Below the pieces are notes generated by a model that searched no databases, was not told the DNA's origin, and saw only the letters and a list, made by a program, of their open reading frames with translations. Shown one piece after another: positions 37,573 through 47,062 of a stretch of 64,000 nt of DNA. Positions within the stretch are counted from its first letter, which is position 1. Each line of letters begins with the position of its first letter. The DNA comes from Chloroflexota bacterium (GTDB taxonomy: Bacteria; Chloroflexota; Limnocylindria; QHBO01): NCBI GenBank assembly GCA_039932375.1, contig JBDTQD010000002.1, forward strand, positions 133 to 64,132. The letters run 5' to 3'. Made by a program: the position numbers and the translations under genes.

Positions 37573-37683
37573 GGGGAGCGGACGCCACTTTCCGCGCTTG
37601 ACGCGCGGGGCTGGGTGTGAGGCGCGCGGCAATGGGCGGGTGGCCCCCGGGAGCTCCCTTGCGGGATCCCGTTCAATCCTTGC

Positions 37684-37689
37684 TAGACT
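37684..37689 (+). promoter_or_regulatory. -10-like TAGACT 8 nt upstream of ATG 37698 (leaderless candidate)
   Basis: Hexamer position. Confidence 0.3.
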
Positions 37690-37697
37690 GGTCGGCA

Positions 37698-37988
37698 ATG
37701 ACGATTGATTCGAACCTCGCCAAGGTGGACGAGGTGATGACCGCCCTGTACGACATTCAGGACCCGGAGATCGGGATGAGCATCGTGGACCTCGACCTGA
37801 TCAAGAACGTCGAGATCGGGGTCGACGGCGCCCCCACCGAGATCAAGATGGTGCTCACCACGCCCTTCTGCCCCTGGGCCGGGGAGCTGATTCAGACGAT
37901 CAAGACCAAGACCGAGGAGGTCGTCGGGCCGCCCGTCAAAGTCACGCTCCTCGCCGATCGCTGGGAGCCACCGCCCGGCCTCTTCTAG
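37698..37988 (+). CDS. DUF59/MIP18-family Fe-S cluster assembly protein (SufT-like)
   Basis: DPEIGMSIVDLGLI...TTPFCP pattern. Confidence 0.75.
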   Translation: MTIDSNLAKVDEVMTALYDIQDPEIGMSIVDLDLIKNVEIGVDGAPTEIKMVLTTPFCPWAGELIQTIKTKTEEVVGPPVKVTLLADRWEPPPGLF

Positions 37989-38025
37989 GAGCGAAGCCGC
38001 CTTCCCGGTGGGCCTCGTTCCATGC

Positions 38026-38167
38026 CGTATCGCCACCGCCGATACACCGACACCGCTGGCACGACTCGCATGTCGAGCGATCGGTGCAGGGAATGAGCCG
38101 ACGCCTCGGGGTTGAGGTCCGGCGCAATCTGTATCGTTCCGGTGCTCGTGTATCGCCGTGGCCGATA
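38026..38167 (+). repeat. Two copies of GTATCGCC-N3-GCCGATA(C/T) (38026-38044 and 38149-38167) plus an extra GTATCG at 38130; candidate operator repeats
   Basis: Seen directly in the intergenic region upstream of the DUF1801 gene. Confidence 0.3.
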
Positions 38168-38226
38168 TCACCCCGGAGCCAGCATCAGCGGCGTCCCGTC
38201 GAGATCTCGCAGAGAGGAAACCTGCC

Positions 38227-38688
38227 ATGAAGGACGCGAAGAAGTCCCCGAAGCGCACCAGCGCGACCAATAAGACGTCCAGCCGATTCACGGACGAGGA
38301 AAAAGGTGCGATGAGGGAGCGCGCAAAAGAGCTGAAGGCGGCCAAGAGCAAGGCAGACGGGGAAAGTGACGTGCTCGCGAAGATCGCCGAGATGGCGAAA
38401 CCGGATCGCGACATGGCCGAGCGGCTCCATGCTCTCATCAAGGCCAGCGCACCAGCCCTCGCGCCGAGAACCTGGTACGGGATGCCGGCGTACGCCAAGG
38501 ACGACAAGGTCGTCTGCTTCTTCCAGCCCGCGGAGAAGTTCAAGACGAGATACGCGACGTTTGGGTTCAACGACTCGGCGAACCTCAACGAGGGCACCAT
38601 GTGGCCCGTCGCCTTCGCTCTGACGAAGTTATCGGCGGCCGACGAGGCACGGATCGGCGCGCTGGTGAGGAGAGCGGCAAAGGACTGA
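38227..38688 (+). CDS. DUF1801 (YdhG-like) domain protein
   Basis: AGAGGAA RBS; composition and pattern like the DUF1801 family. Confidence 0.55.
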   Translation: MKDAKKSPKRTSATNKTSSRFTDEEKGAMRERAKELKAAKSKADGESDVLAKIAEMAKPDRDMAERLHALIKASAPALAPRTWYGMPAYAKDDKVVCFFQPAEKFKTRYATFGFNDSANLNEGTMWPVAFALTKLSAADEARIGALVRRAAKD

Positions 38689-38710
38689 GCTCCGGTGATA
38701 CGGTGAGCGC

Positions 38711-39379
38711 ATGACCGAACGAATCACCCCCCGACAATTCAACGAGGCCGATGGAGTCGAGGACTGGCGAGTGCTCAGCGAAGGCGCATGCGCCTTCTTC
38801 CGCACCGAGTCGCTTGCCTCGGGCGCCAGGCTCGTGCAGGCGATCAGCGAGCTCGACCTCGTCGCCGACCACAGCCCGGCCATCGACCTGCGTCACGACG
38901 GCGTGACCGTCCGATTGCTGACCAGGACCGATGACTACTGGGGGATGAGCGACCGTGACATCGAGCTGGCACGACAGATCTCGGCGGTGGCGCGCGAGCA
39001 GGGCGTGACCGCCGATCCGTCCGCCGTCCAGACGCTGCTCTTCATCCCGGGCGCGCCCGACATCACGAAGGTGATGCCCTTTTGGCGCGCGGTCCTCGGG
39101 TACGAGCCACGCAGTGACAGCCCCGACGAGGACCTGGTCGACCCGCTCGGTCTCGGCCCGGGGTTGTGGTTCGAACAGATGGAGGAGCCGCGCGGGGATG
39201 GTGGCGGCGCGATCCATATCGCCGTTTGGGTGCCGCACGAGCAGGCCGAGGCGCGCATAGCGGCGGCGCTCGCGGCCGGCGGCCGGATGGTTCGCGACGA
39301 CTTCGCGCCCGCGTGGTGGACGCTCGCCGACGCCGCGGGCAACGAGGCGGACATCGCCACTACGACGGGCCGCGACTGA
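38711..39379 (+). CDS. Putative fusion: pterin-4a-carbinolamine dehydratase-like N-domain + VOC/glyoxalase C-domain
   Basis: N-terminal PAIDLRHDGVTVRLLT...GMSDRDIELA is PCD-like; C-terminal VOC pattern. Confidence 0.5.
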   Translation: MTERITPRQFNEADGVEDWRVLSEGACAFFRTESLASGARLVQAISELDLVADHSPAIDLRHDGVTVRLLTRTDDYWGMSDRDIELARQISAVAREQGVTADPSAVQTLLFIPGAPDITKVMPFWRAVLGYEPRSDSPDEDLVDPLGLGPGLWFEQMEEPRGDGGGAIHIAVWVPHEQAEARIAAALAAGGRMVRDDFAPAWWTLADAAGNEADIATTTGRD

Positions 39380-39439
39380 GCGCGGCGCCGGCCTCTGGGG
39401 GGCCACCACTGCTGGCGGTAGATCGGCACGAATTCACTC

Positions 39440-39660
39440 CTGGCGCGCCGATTCACCGCCACCGATGGTGCCGCCACACAGAGGGAACCCCTCCAGTGCT
39501 GTTGTACCGCTGCCCGAGGTGCGGCCCTAGTCACCTGGCTGCCATTTCGGCACCTCGCGGGCCGATAACGGCTCGGAATGTGGCGTTCATGCGTACCTCG
39601 AGTCGCCTGCGTACTCAGACTGCACGCGCGTAGCCCTCCGGCTGCCGACGTAGCACCCTG
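39440..39660 (+). promoter_or_regulatory. Weak cobalamin-riboswitch-like leader upstream of the PduO adenosyltransferase (candidate only)
   Basis: GGTGCC...AGGGAA, GCTGCCCG, a CACCTGG B12-box-like segment, and long-range GGTGCCG/CGGCACC pairing; many consensus positions missing. Confidence 0.2.
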
Positions 39661-39706
39661 ATGAATAACCCCGGTTGCAACCCGCGGCGGCGCTAGCATC
39701 TCCCCA

Positions 39707-40258
39707 ATGCGCATCTACACCCGCAAGGGCGACACCGGCACGACCGGGCTCCTCTTCGGCGGCGCCCGGGTCAGCAAGGCGGACCTCCGCACAGACGCCT
39801 ACGGCACGACCGATGAGGCCGTCTCCGCCCTGGGCCTCGCCCGAGCAGCCCTCGCCGGCTCCCCCTTGGTCGATCTGATCCTGCGGCTCCAGCGCGAGCT
39901 GTTCGTGGTCGGCGCGGAGCTGGCCACGCATGTCGAGAAGCGCGCGAAGCTCACCGATGGCACCAGCCGCGTGACGGCCGAGATGACGACGGCGCTCGAG
40001 CACGAGATCGACGCGCTCGAGGCCACGCACCCGATGCCGGCCGAGTTCGTGATCCCCGGGGAGACCCTCGCCGGCGCGGCGATCGACCTGGCACGGACCA
40101 CCGTGCGACGTGCCGAGCGTCGCGCGGTCGCGCTGAGCAACGCCGGCGGCCTCCCTGACTCGCAGGTCGTGCCCTACCTCAACCGGCTGGCGGACCTGCT
40201 CTTCGTGATCGCCCGCGCGGCGGATGGGGGCTTCCGCCCCGTCCGGAGCCGCGAGTAG
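39707..40258 (+). CDS. ATP:cob(I)alamin adenosyltransferase, PduO-type
   Basis: MRIYTRKGDTGTT N-terminus; about 183 aa. Confidence 0.85.
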   Translation: MRIYTRKGDTGTTGLLFGGARVSKADLRTDAYGTTDEAVSALGLARAALAGSPLVDLILRLQRELFVVGAELATHVEKRAKLTDGTSRVTAEMTTALEHEIDALEATHPMPAEFVIPGETLAGAAIDLARTTVRRAERRAVALSNAGGLPDSQVVPYLNRLADLLFVIARAADGGFRPVRSRE

Positions 40259-40347
40259 AATCGCCCCAGCCCACCAACCCGCCTCCCGGCGGGCTGCACC
40301 GCGGTAGACCGGCTCTGGCGTGGCGCACTGACAAGGAGACCCACACG

Positions 40348-41712
40348 ATGAGCTATGCCGTGACCAACCCCGCCACGGGCGAGACGGTCAAGACCTACGA
40401 CACCATCACCGACGCCGAGCTCGAGGCCGCGATCGCGGCAGCCGACGAAGCGCACCGCACCTGGTCGAAGTCGACCACGGTCGAGGAGCGCGCGGCCCTC
40501 ATCCGCCGGGTCAGCGAACTGCACACCAAGCGCCGCCAGGAGCTGGCGGAGCTCATCGTGCGAGAGATGGGCAAGCCGATCAAGCAGGCGCTCGGCGAGG
40601 TCGACTTCGCCGCCGCGATCTACGAGTACTACGCCGACCACTCGCCGGACTTCCTGAAGGACGAGCCGATCCAGCTCCTCGCGGGCGATGGCTCGGCGGT
40701 CATCCGCCGCTCGTCGCTCGGGGTGCTGCTCGGCGTCATGCCGTGGAACTTCCCGTACTACCAGGTCGCCCGCTTCGCCGGCCCGAACCTCATCATCGGC
40801 AACCCGATCCTGCTCAAGCACGCCCAGCAGTGCCCCGAGTCCGCCGCCGCGATGCAGCAGATCTTCCTCGACGCGGGCTTCCCGGCCGGCGCCTACGTGA
40901 ACATCTACGCCTCGCACGACCAGATCGAGCAGGTCATCGCGGACCCGCGCGTGCAGGGCGTCTCGCTCACCGGCTCCGAGCGCGCCGGCGCCGCGGTCGC
41001 CGAGATCGCCGGCCGCCACCTGAAGAAGGTCGTGCTCGAGCTCGGCGGCTCGGACCCCTTCATCCTGCTCTCGACCGACGACCTCGACGCCACCGTGCAG
41101 AACGCGGTCGACGCCCGCCTCGACAACAGCGGCCAGTCGTGCAACGCGGCCAAGCGCTTCATCGTCGCCGACGAGCTGTACGAGCCCTTCCTCGAGAAGT
41201 TCACCGCGAAGATCGCCGAGATCGAGGCGACCGACCCGACGTCGGCCGACTCGGCGCTCGGCCCGCTGTCCTCGCTGAAGGCCGCCGAGGGCGTCGACGA
41301 GCAGGTCAAGCGCGCGATCGAGCACGGCGCGACGCTCGTGCACGGCGGCACCCGCGACGGCGCGTTCTTCCAGACGACGGTCCTAACGGATGTCACTTCC
41401 GGGAATCCCGCCTCCAAGGAGGAGTTCTTTGGCCCGGTCGCGCAGGTGTACCGTGCGAAGGACGAGGCCGATGCTGTGCGCATCGCGAACGACACCCCAT
41501 TCGGCCTGGGCTCGTACGTCTACACCACCGACCACGAGCAGGCGCTCCGTGTCGCCGACGGCATCGAGGCCGGCATGGTGTTCGTGAACGTCGTGCTCGC
41601 CGACGGCGCCGAGCTGCCGTTCGGCGGCATCAAGCGCTCGGGCTCGGGCCGCGAGCTCGGCCGCTTCGGCGCCGACGAGTTCGTGAACAAGAAGATGATC
41701 CGCATCGGCTGA
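40348..41712 (+). CDS. NAD(P)-dependent succinate-semialdehyde dehydrogenase-like aldehyde dehydrogenase
   Basis: ALDH motifs (ELGGSDPF, catalytic Cys, FGGIKRSG); AAGGAGA RBS. Confidence 0.85.
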   Translation: MSYAVTNPATGETVKTYDTITDAELEAAIAAADEAHRTWSKSTTVEERAALIRRVSELHTKRRQELAELIVREMGKPIKQALGEVDFAAAIYEYYADHSPDFLKDEPIQLLAGDGSAVIRRSSLGVLLGVMPWNFPYYQVARFAGPNLIIGNPILLKHAQQCPESAAAMQQIFLDAGFPAGAYVNIYASHDQIEQVIADPRVQGVSLTGSERAGAAVAEIAGRHLKKVVLELGGSDPFILLSTDDLDATVQNAVDARLDNSGQSCNAAKRFIVADELYEPFLEKFTAKIAEIEATDPTSADSALGPLSSLKAAEGVDEQVKRAIEHGATLVHGGTRDGAFFQTTVLTDVTSGNPASKEEFFGPVAQVYRAKDEADAVRIANDTPFGLGSYVYTTDHEQALRVADGIEAGMVFVNVVLADGAELPFGGIKRSGSGRELGRFGADEFVNKKMIRIG

Positions 41713-41743
41713 CGCCCAGGCGTCACGTGGCGTCCGCGTCCGC

Positions 41744-41995
41744 ATGTGCCAGGGCTTCTTCTTCCAGCCATCGCTGATCGGTGGCGTCGCGCAGGACTCG
41801 GAGATCGTCCAGAAGGAGATCTTCGGGCCGGTCCTGGAGCGGCGAGCCCGCCTACGAGGGGCGCCACTATCGCTTCGAGCCGATGGCATTCCGCCCGACC
41901 CCCGGTGCAGCGACCACGAATCCCCATCTGGCTGGTCGGCGCGTGGCCGAGTGAGCGGGGCGGGACCACCCTGGGCAGCGGCACCGGTCGCCACA
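41744..41995 (+). pseudogene. Composite gene remnants: ALDH C-terminal fragment (GFFFQPSLIGG...EIFGPVLE) followed by a frameshifted LLM-oxidoreductase fragment (YEGRHYRFEP / RPRIPIWLVGAWPSERG)
   Basis: Short in-frame matches to family-conserved C-terminal motifs in two frames; no intact ORF. Confidence 0.5.
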
Positions 41996-42046
41996 ATCAA
42001 CACTGATCAGGCGTAATCCGATGGCAGCTGTAGCGGAGGTATTGGA

Positions 42047-42430
42047 GTGAGTACGTGGCCCGGTGGCATCGGGGCAATCACGCTGTTCGTAGAGGATTTG
42101 GCAGCCGCGAAGCGGTTCTACGAGAAGATCTTCGACCTGCCGGTGACGTTCGAGGACGACAACTCGGCCGTGTTCAAGTTCGGGGACACACTCGTCAACC
42201 TGTTGCAGGCTTCATCGGCGCCAGAGCTGATTGCGCCGGCGACGGTGGCAAGCCGCGACGCGGGGTCCCGCTTTCAATTCACGCTCGAAGTCGATGACGT
42301 GGATGCCAAATGCGCGGACCTGGTCGCCCGCGGGATCGAGCTGCTGAATGGCCCGATGGATCGCCCGTGGGGGATTCGTACCGCAAGCTTCCGCGATCCT
42401 GGCGGCCACATCTGGGAGATTGCGCACTAG
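42047..42430 (+). CDS. VOC family protein (glyoxalase-like)
   Basis: GCGGAGG RBS, GTG start; VOC pattern. Confidence 0.8.
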   Translation: MSTWPGGIGAITLFVEDLAAAKRFYEKIFDLPVTFEDDNSAVFKFGDTLVNLLQASSAPELIAPATVASRDAGSRFQFTLEVDDVDAKCADLVARGIELLNGPMDRPWGIRTASFRDPGGHIWEIAH

Positions 42431-42463
42431 GGTCGTATAGGTCGACGGCTATCATCGGCTTCA

Positions 42464-42970
42464 ATGGGTGAGCAGACCACGCAGCCCGCGTCCCCGCCGC
42501 GGCGGCGCGCCCGCAGGGCGGCTGCCGCGGAGCCGACGACGACTACGCTGGAGGTCACGCTCCCGCGCGGACGGACTCCGCCGCTCGATCCGAAAGAGGA
42601 GCGCGAGCTGCTGCACCGGGGAGTGGCCCTCTTCAACGGCCGCCGGTACTGGCATGCGCATGAGGCCTGGGAGACGCTTTGGCGCGCGGCGCCGGACAGC
42701 GAGCGTGATTTCTGCCAGGGGCTGATCCAGGTCGCCGCCGGGCTCCTGCACCTCCAGCGTCGCAACGCGCGTGGCGCGCGCAACAAGCTCTTCGAAGGGC
42801 TCGCCAAGTTGCGGCCGTACCAGCCGGTGCATCGAGGCATCGTCATGAACGAGCTGGTCGCCACGTGTGAGCAGATCGAGCAGGACCTCGGGGCCGGCCT
42901 GCTCCCGTACCTGATCCCGCCGATAATCCGCTTCGCGGAGCTCGAGCACCCTCGTGAATTCGACCGATGA
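42464..42970 (+). CDS. DUF309 domain protein
   Basis: [17 protein letters not shown] pattern typical of DUF309. Confidence 0.7.
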   Translation: MGEQTTQPASPPRRRARRAAAAEPTTTTLEVTLPRGRTPPLDPKEERELLHRGVALFNGRRYWHAHEAWETLWRAAPDSERDFCQGLIQVAAGLLHLQRRNARGARNKLFEGLAKLRPYQPVHRGIVMNELVATCEQIEQDLGAGLLPYLIPPIIRFAELEHPREFDR

Positions 42971-44358
42971 GCCCGGAGTCGCCGGCGCGCACCGAGCGCG
43001 ACTCAATGGGTGAGGTGCGCGTCCCTGCCGATGCCAAATGGGGAGCGCAGACGCAGCGGGCAGTCGAGAACTTCCCGATCAGCGGGCTGCGCGTCGATCC
43101 GGAGCTGATCCATGCGCTCGGCAGGATCAAGGCCGCCGCGGCGAACGCCAATGGCGCGCTCGGCGTGGTCAGTGCCGAGGTAGCCGCCGCCATCCGAGCT
43201 TCAGCCCAGGAAGTGGCAGACGGACGCTGGGACGACCAGTTTCCGATCGACGTCTTCCAGACTGGCTCGGGCACCTCCTCCAACATGAACGCCAACGAGG
43301 TGATCGCCAGCCTCGCAGCGGAGCAGCTCGGGGCGGCGGTCCATCCCAACGACCAGGTCAACGCCAGTCAGTCGAGCAACGATGTCTTCCCGTCGGCCAT
43401 CCACCTGGCTGCCACCGATGGCGTGGTCAACATCCTCATTCCGGCGCTCAACCGGCTCGCCACGGCGCTCGAGGGGAAGGCGGGCGAGTTCGCGAGCGTC
43501 GTCAAGGCTGGCCGCACACACCTGATGGACGCGACGCCAGTGACACTCGGCCAGGAGTTCGGCGGCTACGCGGCGCAGGTTCGATACGGCATCGAACGGC
43601 TGGATGCGAGCCTTCCCCGCGTGGCGGAGCTGCCGCTGGGTGGGACCGCGGTCGGGACCGGAATCAACGCCCCGGCCGGTTTTGCGGAAGCGGTCATCGA
43701 GGAGCTGCGCGAGTCTACCGGTTTGCCGCTGACCGAAGCCCGCAACCACTTCGAGGCACAGGGAGCCCGCGACGGTCTGGTCGAGCTGAGCGGCCAACTG
43801 CGCACCATCGCCATCGGCCTGTACAAGATTGCGACCGACATCCGCTGGATGGGCTCGGGCCCGCGTGCGGGCCTCGGCGAGATCCATCTTCCGGACCTGC
43901 AGCCAGGCTCCTCGATCATGCCCGGCAAGGTGAACCCGGTGATCCCCGAGGCGCTGTCGATGGTCTGCGCCCAGGTGATCGGCAACGACGCCGCGATCGC
44001 CTTCGGCGGCGCGGCCGGCAACTTCGAGCTGAACATCATGCTGCCGATGCTGGCCCGCAATCTCCTTGAGTCGATCCGGCTGCTGGCATCTGCATCGGTC
44101 CTGTTTGCAGACCGATGCGTCAGCGGCATCGTCGCTAACGAGGTACGCGCCCGGGAGTTCGCCGAGGGCTCGCCGGCGGTGGCGACTGCCCTCAACCCGG
44201 TCCTCGGCTACGAGGAGGCGGCGAGCATCGCCAAGCAGGCGCTCGCCGAGCGGAAGAGCATCAGGCAAGTGGTGATCGACCGCGGACACGTTGAGTCGGG
44301 CAAGGTCACCCTCGAGGGCCTCGATCGGCTGCTCGACGTGATGGGTATGACCCGTTGA
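42967..44358 (+). CDS. fumC: Class II fumarate hydratase
   Basis: [11 protein letters not shown] signature; 463 aa; ATG overlaps the upstream stop. Confidence 0.9.
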   Translation: MSPESPARTERDSMGEVRVPADAKWGAQTQRAVENFPISGLRVDPELIHALGRIKAAAANANGALGVVSAEVAAAIRASAQEVADGRWDDQFPIDVFQTGSGTSSNMNANEVIASLAAEQLGAAVHPNDQVNASQSSNDVFPSAIHLAATDGVVNILIPALNRLATALEGKAGEFASVVKAGRTHLMDATPVTLGQEFGGYAAQVRYGIERLDASLPRVAELPLGGTAVGTGINAPAGFAEAVIEELRESTGLPLTEARNHFEAQGARDGLVELSGQLRTIAIGLYKIATDIRWMGSGPRAGLGEIHLPDLQPGSSIMPGKVNPVIPEALSMVCAQVIGNDAAIAFGGAAGNFELNIMLPMLARNLLESIRLLASASVLFADRCVSGIVANEVRAREFAEGSPAVATALNPVLGYEEAASIAKQALAERKSIRQVVIDRGHVESGKVTLEGLDRLLDVMGMTR

Positions 44359-44792
44359 AATGGATCACACGGGAGCACGTCAAGGTCGATCGGGTCGCCT
44401 GCCCATGGCTGATCCGCAAGTACATCGACCCCGATGCCGAGTTCCTGTTCGTCCCCGCCGCCGAGGTTGATGCGAACGCGGCCCGCGAGGGTGCGACGCC
44501 ATTCGACACGCAAGGGGCGCGGCTCGGTCATCGGGATGGGAACTGCAGCTTCGAGACGATCATCGAGGAATACGGACTGCTCGCGCGCGATCCCGCGCTT
44601 GCCCGCCTAGCCGAGATCGTCCACGGCGCCGATGTCTCCGCCGACCTCGATCGCATCCCCGAATCGCGTGGCCTCAAGGCGATTGCCGAGGGGTTCGGGA
44701 TGGTCTACCCCGACGACCACGCCATCCTGGAGGCGGAATTCCCCGTCTACGACGCCCTGTACGCGTGGTGCGCCCGGCAGGCATCGGCCTGA
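44355..44792 (+). CDS. ChrB C-terminal-domain-like (Chrome_Resist) protein
   Basis: [30 protein letters not shown] pattern; TTG start overlaps the fumC stop. Confidence 0.55.
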   Translation: MKWITREHVKVDRVACPWLIRKYIDPDAEFLFVPAAEVDANAAREGATPFDTQGARLGHRDGNCSFETIIEEYGLLARDPALARLAEIVHGADVSADLDRIPESRGLKAIAEGFGMVYPDDHAILEAEFPVYDALYAWCARQASA

Positions 44793-44844
44793 TCAGGGTC
44801 CGGGCGCCGTACAATTGGGCTCCGCATTCTGGAGACCTCCACCC

Positions 44845-46353
44845 GTGACCGTTGCCACCACCAGCTACAAGAACCTGATCGGCGGTCGCTGGGTCAACGC
44901 CAAGTCAGGCGCGACTTTCGACAGCGTGAGCCCCGCCAACCACGAGGACGTGATCGGCTCATTCCCGGCCAGTGGACCGGCCGACGTGGACGCGGCGGTC
45001 GCCGCGGCAAGAGCTGCCTACCCGGCCTGGTCGATGATGCCGGCGCCGAAGCGCGGCGAGATCCTGTTCAAGGTGGCGCGCATTCTGGCCGAGCACAAGG
45101 AAGAGCTGTCGCGGCTCATGACGCGCGAGATGGGGAAGGTGCTGACCGAGGCCCGCGGCGACGTGCAGGAGGCGATCGACGTCGCCTATTACATGGCCGG
45201 CGAGGGACGGCGGCTGTTCGGCCAGACGGTGCCGTCCGAGATGCCGGATAAGTTCGCAATGGCGATTCGCAAGCCGATTGGAGTGGTCGGGATCATCACG
45301 CCGTGGAACTTCCCGATCGCGATCCCCGGTTGGAAGCTCTTCCCGGCGCTGATCTGCGGCAACACCGCGGTCATCAAGCCGGCCAGCGACACGCCCGCCT
45401 GCGCGGTGCGCTTCGTCGAGCTGCTGGTGGAGGGCGGCATTCCCGAAGGCGTGGTCAACATCGTGACCGGCTCCGGCGCCGAGGTCGGCAATGCGATCGT
45501 TGAGCATCCCGACGTCCGGGTCATTTCCTTCACCGGCCACACCGATACCGGCGTCGAGATCAGTACCCGCGCCGCGGCGACCCTCAAGCGGGTCAGCCTG
45601 GAGTTGGGCGGCAAGAACCCGATCGTGGTCTGGGAGGACGCCGACTTGGACCTCGCCCTCGACTCGGCCATCTGGTCCGCTTTCGGCACCTCCGGCCAGC
45701 GCTGCACAGCCGCGTCCCGCCTGATCGTGCATCGGAAGGTGCATGACCAGTTCGTCGATGCGCTCCAGCAGCGTGTGGGCGCCCTTGTCCTCGGCGATGG
45801 GCTGGACGAGGGGACCGATGTCGGTCCGGTCATCAACGACAAGGCGGTCGAGCGCATTGCGGCATACGCCGCGATAGGTCGCGGCGAGGCGGACCTGGTG
45901 ATCGGCGGCGAACCGGCGACCGCAGGTGCGCTCGCCAAGGGAAGTTTCTTCCAGCCGACCATCTTCACCGAGGTGAAGCCCGATGCGCGCATCGCCCAGG
46001 AGGAGATCTTCGGGCCGGTGACATCGGTCATTCCGGTCGATTCGTGGGACGAGGCGGTTCGAATCGTGAACTCCGTCAAGTACGGCCTGTCGACCTCGCT
46101 CTTCACTCGGGACATCAACCTGGCGTTCCGAAGCATCCGCGACTTCGATTCCGGGCTGGGGTACGTGAACCACGGCACCATCGGCGCGGAGGCGCATCTC
46201 CCGTTCGGCGGCACCAAGGCGACCGGCAACGGCCACCGCGAGGTGGGCCAGGCCGCGCTCGACTTCTTCAGCGAGTGGAAGAGCGTCTACATCGACTATT
46301 CGGGGAAGCTGCAGCGCGCCCAGATCGACATGGAGTTCGTCGACCAGGAATAG
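44845..46353 (+). CDS. Aldehyde dehydrogenase family protein
   Basis: ALDH motifs (LELGGKNP, catalytic CTAASR, EIFGPV); GTG start with GGAG RBS. Confidence 0.85.
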   Translation: MTVATTSYKNLIGGRWVNAKSGATFDSVSPANHEDVIGSFPASGPADVDAAVAAARAAYPAWSMMPAPKRGEILFKVARILAEHKEELSRLMTREMGKVLTEARGDVQEAIDVAYYMAGEGRRLFGQTVPSEMPDKFAMAIRKPIGVVGIITPWNFPIAIPGWKLFPALICGNTAVIKPASDTPACAVRFVELLVEGGIPEGVVNIVTGSGAEVGNAIVEHPDVRVISFTGHTDTGVEISTRAAATLKRVSLELGGKNPIVVWEDADLDLALDSAIWSAFGTSGQRCTAASRLIVHRKVHDQFVDALQQRVGALVLGDGLDEGTDVGPVINDKAVERIAAYAAIGRGEADLVIGGEPATAGALAKGSFFQPTIFTEVKPDARIAQEEIFGPVTSVIPVDSWDEAVRIVNSVKYGLSTSLFTRDINLAFRSIRDFDSGLGYVNHGTIGAEAHLPFGGTKATGNGHREVGQAALDFFSEWKSVYIDYSGKLQRAQIDMEFVDQE

Positions 46354-46406
46354 GCCGCGCCCTGGACCCCAGGCGACGAGGGAGAGCTCGCGAAGGAGGT
46401 GACGCG

Positions 46407-47060
46407 GTGGCGGACGCCGTCGACGGGCCGCCGGGAGTGGTCGACCGGCTCCAGGGTGAGATGGCGGAGCTTCGCAGGTCGCGCGAGCGGCTGGTCGCGG
46501 CCGCCGATGCTGATCGACACGAGATCGAGAGTGCACTCCACAGTGGCGTCCAGCAGGACCTCGCCGCGCTCGCCCTCAATCTGCGACGCGCGGCTGGACT
46601 GGTAGACGGTGATCCCGCCGCGGCGAAGGCGCTCCTCGATGAGCTGGCGATGATGGTGCGGCAATCTCTCGACGAAACGGCAGAGCTGGCACGGTCGATC
46701 TACCCGCCGCTGCTCGAAGCGCGGGGGCTCGCCAGCGCCCTACGGGCGGCCGCGGCAGGCGCCGGCGTGACGGCCTCCGTGAAGGTCAACGCGGGTCCCT
46801 GCCCTCCGCAGACGATGGCTGCGGTCTACTGGTGCTGTGTCGAGGCGCTTCTGGCGGCGCCAGACGGGTCCCACGGAACGGTCAGTGTGCTCGACGAGGA
46901 TGGAGCGGTCGCCTTGGAGGTCGCCGTGACCGGTGCCTTCGATGAGGGACGTCTCGAGCGGCTGCGCGATCGCGTCGGCGCGCACGAGGGCAGCCTGACA
47001 ATCCACGACCTGCAAGACGGCAGCTCGCGCATCTCCGCGTCGCTGCCTTCGTCGCGATGA
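46407..47060 (+). CDS. Soluble HisKA_3-type histidine-kinase-like protein (no sensor/TM domain; N-box Asn and G1 box degenerate)
   Basis: DHp H-box DRHEIESALHSGVQQDLAAL; HATPase_c C-terminus; AAGGAGGTGA RBS before GTG 46407. Confidence 0.65.
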   Translation: MADAVDGPPGVVDRLQGEMAELRRSRERLVAAADADRHEIESALHSGVQQDLAALALNLRRAAGLVDGDPAAAKALLDELAMMVRQSLDETAELARSIYPPLLEARGLASALRAAAAGAGVTASVKVNAGPCPPQTMAAVYWCCVEALLAAPDGSHGTVSVLDEDGAVALEVAVTGAFDEGRLERLRDRVGAHEGSLTIHDLQDGSSRISASLPSSR

Positions 47061-47062
47061 CG

